Source: Octopus sinensis
Lineage: Eukaryota
DNA length: 64,000 nt
Direction of reading: 5' to 3'
Assembly (NCBI RefSeq): GCF_006345805.1
Contig: NC_043000.1
Location: 163,618,001-163,682,000 of the forward strand
Shown here: piece by piece, positions 39,991 to 54,147 of the stretch
How the letters are laid out: every line of letters starts with the position of its first letter
Numbering within the stretch: position 1 is the first letter of the stretch
Program-made: the position numbers and the translations under genes
The notes under the pieces: model-generated
What the model saw: only the letters and a program-made list of their open reading frames with translations
What the model was told of the DNA's origin: nothing
Database searches by the model: none

Positions 39991-42900
39991 TAACCAGGCT
40001 GAGTCAAAAGATTTTCGAATTTCAAACTTTATTTAACAGTTCAAACAAATCACATGCGATTACCCACTTATCTATCGAAATTCATACCATCATATTCTAT
40101 TGTCTGTTCTATCCTATCATATTCTATTGTCTATTCTATCCTATCATATTCTATTGTCTATTCTATCCTATCATATTATATTGTCTATTCTATCCTATCA
40201 TATTCTATTGCCTATTCTATCCTATCATATTCTATTGTCTATTCTATCCTATCATATTCTATTGTCTGTTCTATCCTATCATATTCTATTGTCTATTCTA
40301 TCCTATCATATTCTATTGTCTGTTCTATCCTATCATATTCTATTGTCTATTCTATCCTATCATATTCTATTGTCTATTCTATCCTATCATATTCTATTGT
40401 CTATTCTATCCGATCATATTCTATTGTCTGTTCTATCCTATCATATTCTATTGTCTATTCTATCCTATCATATTCTATTGTCTGTTCTATCCTATCATAT
40501 TCTATTGTCTATTCTATCCTATCATATTCTATTGTCTGTTTTATCCTATCCATTATTCTATTGTCTATTCTATCTATCATATTCTATTGTCTATTCTATC
40601 CTATCATATTCTATTGTCTATCTATCCTATCATATTCTATTGTCTATTCTATCCTATCATATTCTATTGTCTATTCTATCCTATCATATTCTATTGTCTG
40701 TTCTATATCATATTCTATTGTCTGTTCTATCCTATCATATTCTATTGTCTATTCTATCCTATCATATTCTATTGTCTATTCTATCCTATCATATTCTATT
40801 GTCTATTCTATCCTATCATATTCTATGTCTATTCTATCCTATCATATTCTATTGTCTGTTCTATCCTATCATATTCTATTGTCTATTCTATCCTATCATA
40901 TTCTATTGTCTATTCTATCCTATCATATTCTATTGTCTATTCTTCCTATCATATTCTATTGTCTATTCTATCCTATCATATTCTATTGTCTATTCTATCC
41001 TATCATATTCTATTGTCTGTTCTATCCTATCATATTCTATTGTCTGTTATCCTATCATATTATATTGTCTATTCTATCCTATCATATTCTATTGTCTATT
41101 CTATCCTATCATATTCTATTGTCTATTCTATCCTATCATATTCTATTGTCTATTCTATCCTATCATATTCTATTGTCTATTCTATCCTATCATATTCTAT
41201 TGTCTATTGTATCCTATCATATTCTATTGTCTATTCTATCCTATCATATTCTATTGCCTGTTCTATCCTATCATATTCTATTGTCTATTTTATCCTATCA
41301 TATTCTATTGTCTATTCTATCCTATCATATTCTATTGTCTATTCTATCCTATCATATTCTATTGCCTGTTCTATCCTATATATTCTATTGTCTATTTTAT
41401 CCTATCATATTTTATTGTCTATTCTATCCTATCATATTCTATTGTCTATTCTATCCTATCATATTCTATTGTCTGTTCTATCTTATCATATTCTATTGTC
41501 CATTCTATCCTATCATATTCTATGTCTATTCTATCCTATCATATTCTATTGTCTATTCTATCCTATCATATTCTATTGTCTATCTATCCTATCATATTCT
41601 ATTGTCTATTCTATCCATCATATTCTATTGTCTATTCTATCCTATCATATTCTATTGTCTATTCTATCCTATCATATTCTATTGTCTATTCTATCCTATC
41701 ATATTCTATTGGTATTCTATCCTATCATATTCTATTGTCTATTCTATCCTATCATATTCTATTGTCTATTCTATCCTATCATATTCTATTGTCTGTTCTA
41801 TCCTATCATATTCTATTGTCTATTCTATCCTATCATATTCTATTGTCTATTCTATCCTATCATATTCTATTGTCTATTCTATCCTATCATATTCTATTGT
41901 CTATTCTATCCTATCATATTCTATTGTCTATTCTATCCTATCATATTCTATTGTCTATTGTATCCTATCATATTCTATTGTCTATTCTATCCTATCATAT
42001 TCTATTGCCTGTTCTATCCTATCATATTCTATTGTCTATTTTATCCTATCATATTCTATTGTCTATTCTATCCTATCATATTCTATTGTCTATTCTATCC
42101 TATCATATTCTATTGTCTGTTCTATCTTATCATATTCTATTGTCTATTCTATCCTATCATATTCTATTGTCTATTCTATCCTATCATATTCTATTGTCTA
42201 TTCTATCCTATCATATTCTATTGTCTATTCTATCCTATCATATTCTATTGTCTATTCTATCCTATCATATTCTATTGTCTATTCTATCCTATCATATTCT
42301 ATTGTCTATTCTATCCTATCATATTCTATTGTCTATTCTATCCTATCATATTCTATTGGTATTCTATCCTATCATATTCTATTGTCTATTCTATCTATCA
42401 TATTCTATTGTCTATTCTATCCTATCATATCTATTGTCTATTCTATCCTATCATATTCTATTGTCTATTCTATCCTATCATATTCTATTGTCTATTCTAT
42501 CCTATCATATTCTATTGTATTCTATCCTATCATATTCTATTGTCTGTTCTATCCTATCATATTCTATTGTCTATTCTATCCTATCATATTCTATTGTCTA
42601 TTCTATCCTATCATATTCCATTGTCTATTCTATCCTATCATATTCTATTGTCCGTTCTATCCTATCATATTCTATTGTCTATTCTATCCTATCATATTCT
42701 ATTGTCTATTCTATCCTATCATATTCCATTGTCTATTCTATCCTATCATATTCTATTGTCCGTTCTATCCTATCATATTCTATTGTCTATTCTATCCTAT
42801 CATATTCTATTGTCCATTCTATCCTATCATATTCTATTGTCTATTCTATCCTATCATATTCTATTGTCTGTTCTATCCTATCATATTCTATTGTCTATTC

Positions 42901-44275
42901 TATCCTATCATATTCTATTGTCTATTCTATCCTATCATATTCTATTGTCTATTCTATCCTATCATATTCTATTGTCTATTCTATCCTATCATATTCTATT
43001 GTCTATTCTATCCTATCATATTCTATTGTCTATTCTATCCTATCATATTCTATTGTCTATTCTATCCTATCATATTCTATTGCCTGTTCTATCCTATCAT
43101 ATTCTATTGTCTATTCTATCCTATCATATTCTATTGTCTATTCTATCCTATCATATTCTATTGTCTGTTCTATCCTATCATATTCTATTGTCTGTTCTAT
43201 CCTATCATATTCTATTGTCTGTTCTATCCTATCATATTCTATTGTCTGTTCTATCCTATCATATTCTATTGTCTATTCTATCCTATCATATTCTATTGTC
43301 TATTCTATCCTATCATATTCTATTGTCTGTTCTATCCTATCATATTCTATTGTCTGTTCTATCCTATCATATTTATTGTCTGTTCTATCCTATCATATTC
43401 TATGTCTATTCTATCCTATCATATTCTATTGTCTATTCTATCCTATCATATTCTATTGTCTATCTATCCTATCATATTCTATTGTCTATTCTATCCTATC
43501 ATATCTATTGTCTGTTCCATCCTATCATATTCTATTGTCTGTTCTATCCTATCATATTCTATTGTCTGTTCTATCCTATCATATTCTATTGTCTGTTCTA
43601 TCCTATCATATTCTATGTCTATTCTATCCTATCATATTCTATTGTCTATTCTATCTATCATATTCTATTGTATTCTATCCTATCATATTCTATTGTCTAT
43701 TCTATCCTATCATATTCTATTGTCTGTTCCATCCTATCATATTCTATTGTCTGTTCCATCCTATCATATTCTATTGTCTATTCTATCCTATCATATTCTA
43801 TTGTCTATTCTATCCTATCATATTCTATTGTCTATTCTATCCTATAATATTCTATTGTCTATTCTATCCTCCCATATTCTATTGTCTATTCTATCCTATC
43901 ATATTCTATTGTCTATTCTATCCTATCATATTCTATTGTCTATTCTATCCTATCATATTCTATTGTCTATTCTATCCTATCATATTCTATTGTCTATTGA
44001 TATCCTTATGACAGAAGCATAATTCCACGCTTATACCATTTGGCTGATTTAGAGGCAAAAAACTCCCTGCACCGTTTCCAAAGACATCCGTCTGTGTAGG
44101 AAATGAGCAGTAGTTCAGAAAAGGCGGTAATTTGATATTGCAAGGTCTGGACTGTAGACAGGGTGAAGCAGCACATTTGGCTCCTCAAATTCCTCGAGTT
44201 TGTGCTCGGCAACATTTGCAGTGTGTGCTGGGACAGTGTCGTGTTGTGGGAGTGCGCATCTCGCTGCAGTTGTAG
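39991..44275 (-). mobile_element. 5'-truncated mariner relic split by the 27-bp array
   Basis: QHDTVPAHTA, HPVYSPDLAISNYRLF, FFASK..WYKRGIMLL on one side; TIEYDGMNFDR* then a TIR-like cttttgactcagcctggt|TA on the other. Confidence 0.8.
40089..43998. repeat. 27-bp minisatellite, about 145 copies (tattctatcctatcatattctattgtc)
   Basis: Direct inspection; the unit is five TATYN-like pentamers plus 2 nt; no spacers. Confidence 0.99.
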
Positions 44276-44708
44276 AGCATAAAAAATGTTCGCGTTCACT
44301 AAAATCAAAAATGTCATCATTAAAAAACGACAAACATATAATTCGAAAGAAATAAAATATTCATGGTTGAGGTTATAAATTCTATTGCAAACGTAAAACA
44401 AGTAAACTTCATGACTCCGCTTGTTTTATTGTTCATAATAGGTATGACATTTTTTAACCGGTGAACTTATAAAGCCAAAAGATATCAAACTTGATATAAC
44501 TGCCGAAAGATTGGGGCATGATACTTACGGTACATTCTAAGTGTTAATAGTCATACTGATTTTTTTCGTGACTGCCTGATATCTTCGACGGCTAGTTCTA
44601 AAGATGTCAAGTAGTGGTTTATTTTACGAACTAGATGACCATGGCGATTGTCATTATTTCATGTGTGTGATGGAGCTGTAATCATATACCTAAGTATGGA
44701 TATATCTA

Positions 44709-44787
<79 letters not shown>

Positions 44788-44830
44788 AAGTCAGATAGAA
44801 AATGCTAAAATAATTTTATAAAAAACATTT

Positions 44831-44866
44831 CAGTACCGGTTTCAGTCATTGAGGCTTTTTCAACTG
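44831..44866 (-). ncRNA. Minimal hammerhead-like motif with U3-A8 core variant
   Basis: CAG-TTGAAAA-AGCC-TCAAT-GACT-GAAA-CCGG-T-A-CTG; palindromic stem III ACCGGT. Confidence 0.6.
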
Positions 44867-45037
44867 TAAGTATGGAAACGAATTAAATTTTGGAAAGTTT
44901 AAAGAAATTTTTTAAAAGACTATTTGCATAGTGTTCAAATACAAGACATCTTTTCCTTGTTTCTGCTTGTTTCTCTCTCTCTTGTTTACCTGATGGGGGT
45001 TCGAGTATTTTAGCATTTTCCATCTTGACTTTTTTCC

Positions 45038-45104
<67 letters not shown>

Positions 45105-45107
<3 letters not shown>

Positions 45108-46150
45108 TGTGTTCGGTACATCCCCACACTCTTTTCTTTCCACCAGCATGTTCATCAGTCACAATATTCTTCGACTCACAATGGTCCTGGAGGAATTGGT
45201 TGAGGCAACTGGTGTACATTTTGTACATAATGTTTAGCAAGCAATGGGCCTGTAGTTCCCTGCCATTTCGGTGATTTCATTTTTGGCAACAAGATTTGTC
45301 CTTGCTGTAGCAAGCCAATTTGGTATATCAGTCTGACCTTCCATAGTCCTTTTGAACATACATATCAATTGGTTTCTATAAAATGTCAGCTTCTTGTACC
45401 AATATCCAACTATTAGGTGCCTTCCAGATGCCTTCCCATTCTGTAGTTTGCCTACAACAGTTGCGAAGTTTTCTGCATCAATTTTGTTTTACTATTAGTG
45501 TTGGTACAATATTCTCTCTCAATTGTATTTAACCATGATACATTCAGGCTGAGATTCCGTTTTCGTTCCAAATTTTTTAACCAGAGTGATTGTAGATCTT
45601 CTTGGGGGGGGGGGGCTCTTAATGGTAATATTTTCCTTTCTCATCTCTCAGTACAATGCTTGTGGGCTGGCAGTAAGTTTGTGATTGATACTGGCTCGCT
45701 GAAACATTCGCATGCGATAGCGGGGTTTCTTCGCGCATCACCATGAGTTCATATTTTAAAGTGATTAGCTTTCCCTCAAGAGTTCGGTATTGTAAAGAGT
45801 TTCGTTCATTTTTGTCTAAGGTAGAGTTGGTGAGGTGTAACCTCATTTTTCTCCGTACATTTTATTGTTGTAGTTAACCATCCAATATTTAAGTTGGGAT
45901 GATCTTCGTCCCAGGATTAGTTTAACTGCTTCATGTATCCGATTGAAGAGTCATCTCGAGCTTTTTCATGGCACCGAAGTAAATCTTGGTTTAGTTGCTG
46001 AGTCCAAATAAGATGAGAAGAGTTCTTACGTCTACTGGGGAAGTAGTTCTGTTTTCATCAGTGGTGGCGTCGTTAGTTTCCTCTGTGGTGGTGTTAGCTT
46101 CAGCCATAATCATGTTAGCGAGATTCCAGCCAGACGCGAAAGGCTCTGTT
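45105..46150 (-). mobile_element. R4/Dong-clade LINE relic (pre-RT region and RT N-terminus)
   Basis: KLQNGKASG..IVGYWYK, IPNWLATARTNLVAK, NYRPIAC, NIMYKMYTS.LN.FL..H, GGKKRVWGCTEH. Confidence 0.8.
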
Positions 46151-47001
46151 AAAGCCTACGAAATTTGAAGTAGTATGGAATCCGATTCATACTCTGTGTG
46201 TGTGTACGCGTGTGCATGTGTGTATGTGTGTATATGTGTGAGTGACTGTGTATGTGTACGCGTGTGCATGTATGTATGTATGTGTGTATCTGTGTGAGTG
46301 GCTGTGTGGTGTGTGGGAGGTCTGTGTATATACACATACATATGTATAGAAATGCATACACACAAGCACAAATATGGATGTGTGTGTATATGTTGTATAT
46401 ATATATATATGCACGCAAACATAGATAGATACGTACATAGAAACACATATGTATTCATATAGATACATAGCTAGATACGTAAATTGATAATCTCTGAATG
46501 GAATTGGCGTGTAAAAACAACCTCATAGAAAGTGAATAAACAGAAGTAGACGACGTGAATATTTGATTTGACGCGTTACAATTGACGTTGGATATCGTCC
46601 TCGAGATAATGTTTGTCGACGATCTGACAAGAAACTGAAATAAATATATGTGAAAGATATCACAAGCCACAACTATAATGTTTCATGCGTCAATACCAAC
46701 GGTTAAATGATTGTACGGAAATGACCAAAAAATATTTATGGAACCAATCAAGACATACAAACAAATGAGAAAATAATCATTTGAGTGTTCTGTGTTTTGT
46801 GAGTCAGCAATAGTTTCTGTTTGTGTGGGCGCGTGTGTGTATGTGTGTGCTCATATAAACATATATGTGTGTGTGTGTGTGTGTATGAGTGTGTGTATGT
46901 TTGTGCATGTGCGCGTGCATACCTGTGCATGTGTGTAACTGGAGAATAACATAATCGCTTTCAAATGTAGCAGAATATTGGGTCGGGAAGCAGCTATAAT
47001 G

Positions 47002-47033
<32 letters not shown>

Positions 47034-47075
47034 ATGTATATATGTGTGTATATATATATATATAATATATATATA

Positions 47076-47106
<31 letters not shown>

Positions 47107-47139
47107 GCGTGTGTGTGTGTGTGTGTGTGTGTGTCTCAG

Positions 47140-48270
47140 GTGGCATAGTTCTGTAAAATATGTAGGTTTCTATTTTTTATTTACTTTTTTGATTTGCATA
47201 TCTAGCATATATTGTGTTCCATTGTGAATTATATATTTGTTTTTATGTTATCGAGAAGTCTTTTGAAATCTAAAAGTTTCTCCATGTTTTCATTCCATAG
47301 AATAAAACATTCATCCAAATATCTTTTCCAGTTTTCCTTTATGCATTGGGAAAGGGAATTTCCGAATTTTGTGAGTGATTCCTTATACACCGTTTGTTCC
47401 AAATAGCCCATTGTCAGGTTTACAAGAGCGGGAGCTGCCTTGGTAACCATCGCAACTCCAAATTTTTGTCGGTATGCAGTGGTGTCAAAGATGAACTGAT
47501 TTTGCTGGAGAATAAATTTTAATGATTCAATTATGAACTATTTGCTAATACGTCCCGGTATTTCTTCTGGATATTTTCCCAGTCAGAACTGAGTTGCTAC
47601 TAATCCATAATTAGGGGAGATATCAGAATACAGGTTTGCCAAATCAAAAGAGACCGTAAATGTTTTTCCTTTACTCTTTTTGTGGGATGGCTTAATATGG
47701 CCAAATAATCTCTAATGTAACTTTTAATGTATTTTTAGAAGTGATTTCAAGAAGTTGTGAATGAAGTAACTCAACTGATGCGTTTCACAGGATGGTCCAG
47801 CTCTAATGGGCCTTAGTTTAAGGTCTCCTGGTGTTGGTATATTTATGTATGACACGCACATACATTTGTGTGTGTTTATGTTTGCGTGTGTGTATATGTA
47901 TATGTGTGTGCACGAGTGTGTAAGTGAGTAAGTTAATGTGTATGCGTGTGTATTTATGTATAAATGAAAAGGAGATATTAGTTTCGTATATCTAAAAGTC
48001 ATAAATTTTTTTACTCTTTCTGCTTCTCTATATGTCTATCGCTGCTGAAGATGAGATGGGGAAAATGTTCTGCTAATAACTTGTGTCTACATCTCTCCTA
48101 TTGCCCAAAGGAAATCAAAATTTTCTTTAATGGCGTGACCATTTTGTTGAGTCCTTGATTTCTTAGACTAACTCTCTTTTGTCAGTTTGAGTTGGAACCG
48201 GCGATTGTAATAACAACAGTCTCTTCTTTATTTTCTGTGATACGAAAAACTGTGTCTCATGTCTGATACG
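47140..48270 (-). mobile_element. Second Penelope-like RT relic
   Basis: IPTPGDLKLRPIRAGPSCETHQLS, AAPALVNLTMGYLE, WKRYLDECFILWNEN; clearly similar at DNA level to 7650-8330. Confidence 0.9.
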
Positions 48271-49849
48271 CTTCCTCCTCTCTCTCCTTCACTCTTTCTA
48301 TCCATCCTCCTCTTTCATTCACTAACTATATTCCCTAGTTACAAAAGTGTATCTATCTCGATTCTCTTAAATTACCTGAAATAAGATAACACACAAAAAG
48401 GTCCACTTAAGATCAAAATATGAATATGTGTTTGGAATTTTAAAATTCCTTAACCTTCTTTTTGTCATTACAATGAAATTTACAGATTGTTTACGATTTT
48501 ACTTCTTAATTATTATTGCCCTATAACGACCATCTCCTCACGTCCAAATAAGTGAAATGAATCAACTAATTATATTGAAGCTCTCATATATGTGTGATGG
48601 AGAGGTATTCATATAATTATGTATGTGTATGCCTGTGCGGGAATGCCTATGATTGTATCTAAAGTCTGATCGTAAGTAAACACTTTCATCAATAACATGT
48701 TACTAGTTTTATTTACTTTACACAAACGTCCGTCACTTTAATTGTGCTCTGTTCCCATCACTTAGAGACACAAACATTCGTGTCTCTAAGCAAGCCGGAA
48801 AACAATAAATAATATAAGGCAGAGAAGAAATGCTTAATGAGGTCGGTAAAAGTTTTGCTTCATCCACCATATTAATCGTATGCGATTATATTACTTTGAT
48901 TGAAGGAGAGAATTGATTTTTAATGAGGCATGAAACCTATGGTAAATAGTGTTAAATGGTTTCTCCAGTGACATGAAGCCATTCTTGGGATTGTCTACGA
49001 GGTGGAGAAAAATTCGAAACATTCATCAATTTGTCCTTATTGTAAACAGCATACTGAAGTTATTGTTGACTTCAACGAGTTTACAGATTGTGGAACTTAA
49101 AACGAAAATATTTTTGTGTGCATATCGAAATAGAGTCTAGGAAAATATTAAGAGACATCTGTGTCGCTTGTATTTAATCATTTATTTTTACTTTGTTTTG
49201 TTTGAAAACAGCGATCATAATAATAGTGATATAGGATGTTCTGCAATATGATGAGAAGATGATAAAATTTATAAATAAATGTATTATTGGAAACCGGAAA
49301 TGAGACATTTACACGGATGTCTTAGAAAATAGCATTACAAAAATAAAATAAAGATCAAAAATGGTATTATTATAGCTGAGAAGTTAATATAGAGAGATAC
49401 TTTTTACCCTATCAAAGCTAACCACTATTATTGAAAAACAAAACAAAATGAAACTTTTCTCCATCATTTGTGACTTCCGTTCTCTCTCATAACTTCACAC
49501 CCCAAACAGACTTCCGTCACTTTTGTATTAACATATTGCACTGTGTTAATATATGGGGGCAAAACAGATATAGACAAAATAGTTTATTGTGTCTTTATAT
49601 TTCTAACGCAGAAGATCCATTCTTTTGTTATTCAATTTCCTTTGTAACCCGGAGAAAAGACGAAATGAAAAGTACGCTTCCTCCGAAAGATTGTACAGTG
49701 TCCAATTCTGAACTGCAAATACAGGAGTCATCGGCCAAATATTCTCATCAACGTGTGTTGAGATGTATTGCGTAGACATTCTACTGTAGGTACATCCATT
49801 TTTTCTCCATAACGAAGATGAGGAGGGAGGAAATATATATATATACGTA

Positions 49850-50490
49850 TACGAGGTGTAGTAAAAAAAGTAAGCGATCTTGATTGTTTTTGCACAAAAT
49901 AATAATGCGTGATCAAAATTACAATAAGTATTAGGTGGCCGCATCCTTGCTGAGCATGCGCACGAAATTTCGTCTCTGTAAGTTTCGCCATTCGCCCGAA
50001 GTGACTCTTTGAGGACAGATGTGCGATTTTTCTTTTTGAGTAAAGCTGACCGAGCGCATGGAGCAAAGATACTGTGTCAAATTCTGCCAAAAATTGGTGA
50101 TACGCAAGCCCAGACTATTGAGAAGATTCAGAAGGCCTTTTGAGATGATGTTATGGGAAAAAACACAAATAAAAGAGTGTTACGACCGGTTCAAATAAAG
50201 TTGCACCCCAGTGGACAGTGAGCCAGGTTATGGCCAGACGATTAACAAAGAATACTATCTGGGGGTTCTTCGTCGCTTTCATGAAGTTGTGCGGCGAAAA
50301 TGTTCCGACTTGTGGGCAGCAAAGAACTGACAACTCCACCATGACAACACACCCTCTCATTCCGACCACTTCGTCCGCGCATTCCTTGTCAAGCAAAACA
50401 CACCACTTGTTCGTCAGGTTTCGCACCATGTGACTTTTGGTTATTTCCAAAGCTCAAAAAACACTCAAAGGGAGAAGATTTGAGTCAATG
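49850..50490 (+). mobile_element. Internally deleted mariner (irritans/Hsmar2-like)
   Basis: tacgagg start; MEQRYCVKFC, GQTINKEYYL.VLRR, LHHDN.P.H, APCDFWLFPKLK. Confidence 0.9.
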
Positions 50491-50509
50491 TGTGGAGACA
50501 GCTAAAATT

Positions 50510-50705
50510 AGCATTTGACCCAGACTGCCTTCTTCCAACTGTTAAACATGGAGGAGGATCTGTGATGATTTGTTGGTGGTGGGGGGGCTATATCTTGGAA
50601 ATTCGCCAGCCCGATGGTTTCCCTTCATAGCAGAATTAATAGTAAAGACTATTTAAGCATTTTATTTGATCAAATTCATCCTATGGTTGCGGAACTGTTT
50701 CCAAC
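50510..50705 (+). mobile_element. Tc1-type transposase fragment
   Basis: PTVKHGGGSVM..WGAISW...INSKDYLSIL. Confidence 0.75.
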
Positions 50706-50767
50706 ATCGGTTGTCAAGGGATGGTGCGTGAAGGGACAAACAGACACAGAAATATAAATATATATAT

Positions 50768-50926
50768 ACGACGGGCGTCTTTTAGTTTCCGTCTACCAGA
50801 TCCACTCACAAAGATTTATTCGACCCTAGGCTATAGTAGAAGACACCCAGAGTGCCACAAACTGGGAGTGAACCCAGAACCGCGTGGTTGGGAAGCAAGC
50901 TTCTTACCACACAGCCACGCCTGCAC
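50768..50926 (-). mobile_element. tRNA-derived SINE family A head
   Basis: Reverse complement of the family A head. Confidence 0.85.
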
Positions 50927-51048
50927 CTGTCTATTGATATGTATTTAATTATTATTATTATAGATGTGTGTACATCAATAAATATACCCATATATATCTT
51001 TATATATATAATATATTATATGTATATATATATATATAATACACACAC

Positions 51049-51106
<58 letters not shown>

Positions 51107-51139
51107 TATATATGTGTGTGTGTGTCTGTGTGTGTGTGT

Positions 51140-51700
51140 GTTCAGTAGAGTACAGTTACTCTATTGCCAGTTTAAATACTTACAACTTCATGAACATCCA
51201 TTCAAAATTAATGAAATTGTGCATCAATATTTTGTAGGTCCTGCATTCGTTGATATTATGGCTTTCCCTCGATTCGGCTCTCCAGCTCTGCTATTGATGC
51301 AAATCCCAATGATCTTGCTTGCTATTATCTACCAAGATGTTCCCGTATGTAACGTCCTGGATTAAGTCGGATCAAATCGAGCTTTGAAAAATAAGAGATT
51401 TTATTCTGGGAGATCCGTTCCAAGCTTGTGATGTTTTGCTTGTATAGCATGGGACTCCAATGCTTTGTTAAAGATTGGCTTTATCAGTTCTTTCATGGCA
51501 ATATATGGATTGCAGACCCTTTTGAATTATTTAACACTATTTTGGACCAGTTAAGCGTTTTTCAGCAAAAATATACTCTGATATGCCTATCGCCATAACT
51601 GCTCCCTATAAAACAACTCAATCTTTCCCGTACTTAACTGCTCCTTGTAAGCAATCAGATTACCATGTTTAAGATTACCTGCATCGCATATGTATTTTCC
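51140..51700 (-). mobile_element. Decayed CR1/L2-group LINE 3' segment
   Basis: Remnants resembling YKQNITSLER and RR...TYKIL of the CR1 C-terminus; many stops. Confidence 0.45.
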
Positions 51701-51704
51701 TTCA

Positions 51705-51842
51705 ACTTAACGGTTCGGCAAAAGATAACGATAGAATAAGTAGTAAACTTACAAAGAATATGCCCTTGCGTCGATTTGTTCGACTAAAGGTCGTGCTCCA
51801 GCATGGCCGCGGCCAAATGACTGAAACAAGTAAAAGAAAGAA
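51705..51842 (+). mobile_element. SINE family A 3' fragment
   Basis: cggttcggcaaaa..gtcgatttgttcgactaaagg..ccagcatggccgc..tgactgaaacaagtaaaag. Confidence 0.8.
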
Positions 51843-51890
51843 TATATATATACATGTGTATGTATGTATATATATATATTATATATATAT

Positions 51891-51923
<33 letters not shown>

Positions 51924-51948
51924 GTTTGTATGTATGTATACATGTATT

Positions 51949-51980
<32 letters not shown>

Positions 51981-52439
51981 ATACACATTCGCAGATAGAG
52001 GGATACATACACACACACATAATATGTGTATGTGTGTATGATAGAGAAAGAAAAACGGAGGAAATATTAAATTGACATATATGATTGTACACAGACTTTT
52101 GTTGACCTGTTTCAACGGGTTTCGCTTCCTGTATACCACCTGTGTGATATCTTATAAGTAACATTTGAACTATTATTCATACACGCACATATATACACTC
52201 ATGCGCAATCATATACACACTCGCGTACATACATACTCACATACTCACATACTTATATGCTTATGTAGATACATACATGCATACTCACACATACATACGT
52301 ATACTCACACGCACACATATATGTATGTATGCATATATATGAATATGTATAAACATAGATATGTACAGATATAGATAATGTGTATGGTCACATACAAACG
52401 CGCGTGTGTGTGTGTGTGCATAGACAGAAAAATAAACAA

Positions 52440-52493
<54 letters not shown>

Positions 52494-52499
52494 TGATAG

Positions 52500-52597
<98 letters not shown>
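52440..52597. repeat. (GATA)n microsatellite
   Basis: Direct inspection. Confidence 0.95.
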
Positions 52598-53852
52598 GAG
52601 CAAAAGCAGGCCCACATTCCGTGCTCGCTATCTCGTTTGCACAGAAATTTAGACATAATTTCTGTCATTTGTCACCAATGCTGTATATACACGTGCATTT
52701 TAGCAAAATCGACTTTGACTCACGGCACTTCTATACACACACATATTGTTGTTTTTGTAGAACTATTTTCGTTGTTGTCGTTGTTGTTGTTGTCGTCGTC
52801 GTTTTACTTTGATATTTACACAGCTGCAGCTTTTTTTGTTTGCATTGTATTTTTTTTTAATCTATTGTGGTTGTTGGTCTTTTATTTGTCACTGCTGTCC
52901 GTGTTGTCTTTCGTCGTTATCTTTATTATTTATCATGATAAAAGCGGCAGTGATTTAGCAGAAGCGGCAGAACACTGACCTCATTGCAGTCTTGTTCTTT
53001 ATTATTTTGCGTTCAAATCCGGTCGGTTCGTTCCTAACTGCCATCGCTGCATAATCAGCATTATAAAGAGCCAGTAATATGCTAGTGTGTTAGTATTGGG
53101 GCGAAAATGACTCTTGAATGTTGTGTCTGCAATCTGATCTCAAAGAAGATTGTGTTACTCAAAGTAAAGAAGAATTTTGTACGAAAGTACAAAACCTGTT
53201 TGCCGTGCCTTCTGTTAATAAAGATTCTAGAGTAAAGAAAACAGCGATCCTCTCTCACTCCAATAGTTGTGGTTATATGGGATTCAACTCAGAGTTGATG
53301 TGTGTCGGCTTTCATCGTCTCTTTGACAAGCTCTTTGAATGAAGGCTATCGTGGAGACAGTGGGTTTTGAGAGTCTCTCCTCTTTACCTTTACCTCTTAA
53401 ACGAAGCGCGACTAAAGAATTTATCACGGTACCCGAAGTACTCGAAAGTTATACGATGTTTGTACGACTCTGGAGGAATAGATAATCTATCTTACAAACA
53501 TTATTCATAAATGGCGAATGTGTAGAATTGTATTTTGTTTAGCAATAAACGGGGAAATGCCGTGTGATATTCCTTCCGGATCCTTACATTTTGAATTAAA
53601 ATCCCCCCAGGGTCAACTATGGCATTCATTCTTCCGAGGCCGAGGAAATAAAATAGCTACCTAGTTCTGAGGACGATGGTATTTACTAATCCTCTCCGCT
53701 AAAAAAAAACCTGTTGGTCGTGCGTCTAAATTAGAAACTATTATTATTATTATATTATTTTTTTTTTTTTACTATTATTATTATTATATTATATTATTAT
53801 TATTATTATTATTATTTTATTATTATTATTATTATTATTATTATCATAACTA

Positions 53853-54085
53853 AGACGACGAGTTGGCAGAATGGTTAGCACGCCGGTGGAAATGCCAAGC
53901 GGCATTTCGTCCGTCTGGAAGTTCTGATTTAAAGTTGGAGTTCTGAGTTGAGCTTGAAGTTCTGAGGTCGATTTTGCATTTCATCCTTCCGAAGTCGATA
54001 AGATAAGCATCAGCTGAACACTGGGGTCGATGTAAACAACTTTCCCGTCTCCTAAAATTGCTGGCCTGAATCAAAAATTGAAACT
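53853..54085 (+). mobile_element. tRNA-derived SINE family B
   Basis: gagttggcagaatggttagcacgccgg..ggggtcgatgtaa. Confidence 0.85.
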
Positions 54086-54110
54086 ATTATTATCATTATT
54101 ATTATTATTA

Positions 54111-54147
<37 letters not shown>

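Noticed and set aside
40089-43998. CRISPR array
   Set aside because: Contiguous tandem units with no unique spacers, no cas genes, eukaryotic context.
40054-44022. Three ORFs of 1086-1322 aa
   Set aside because: The 27-bp unit is a multiple of 3 and lacks TAA/TAG/TGA on the plus strand; the peptides are pure repeats.
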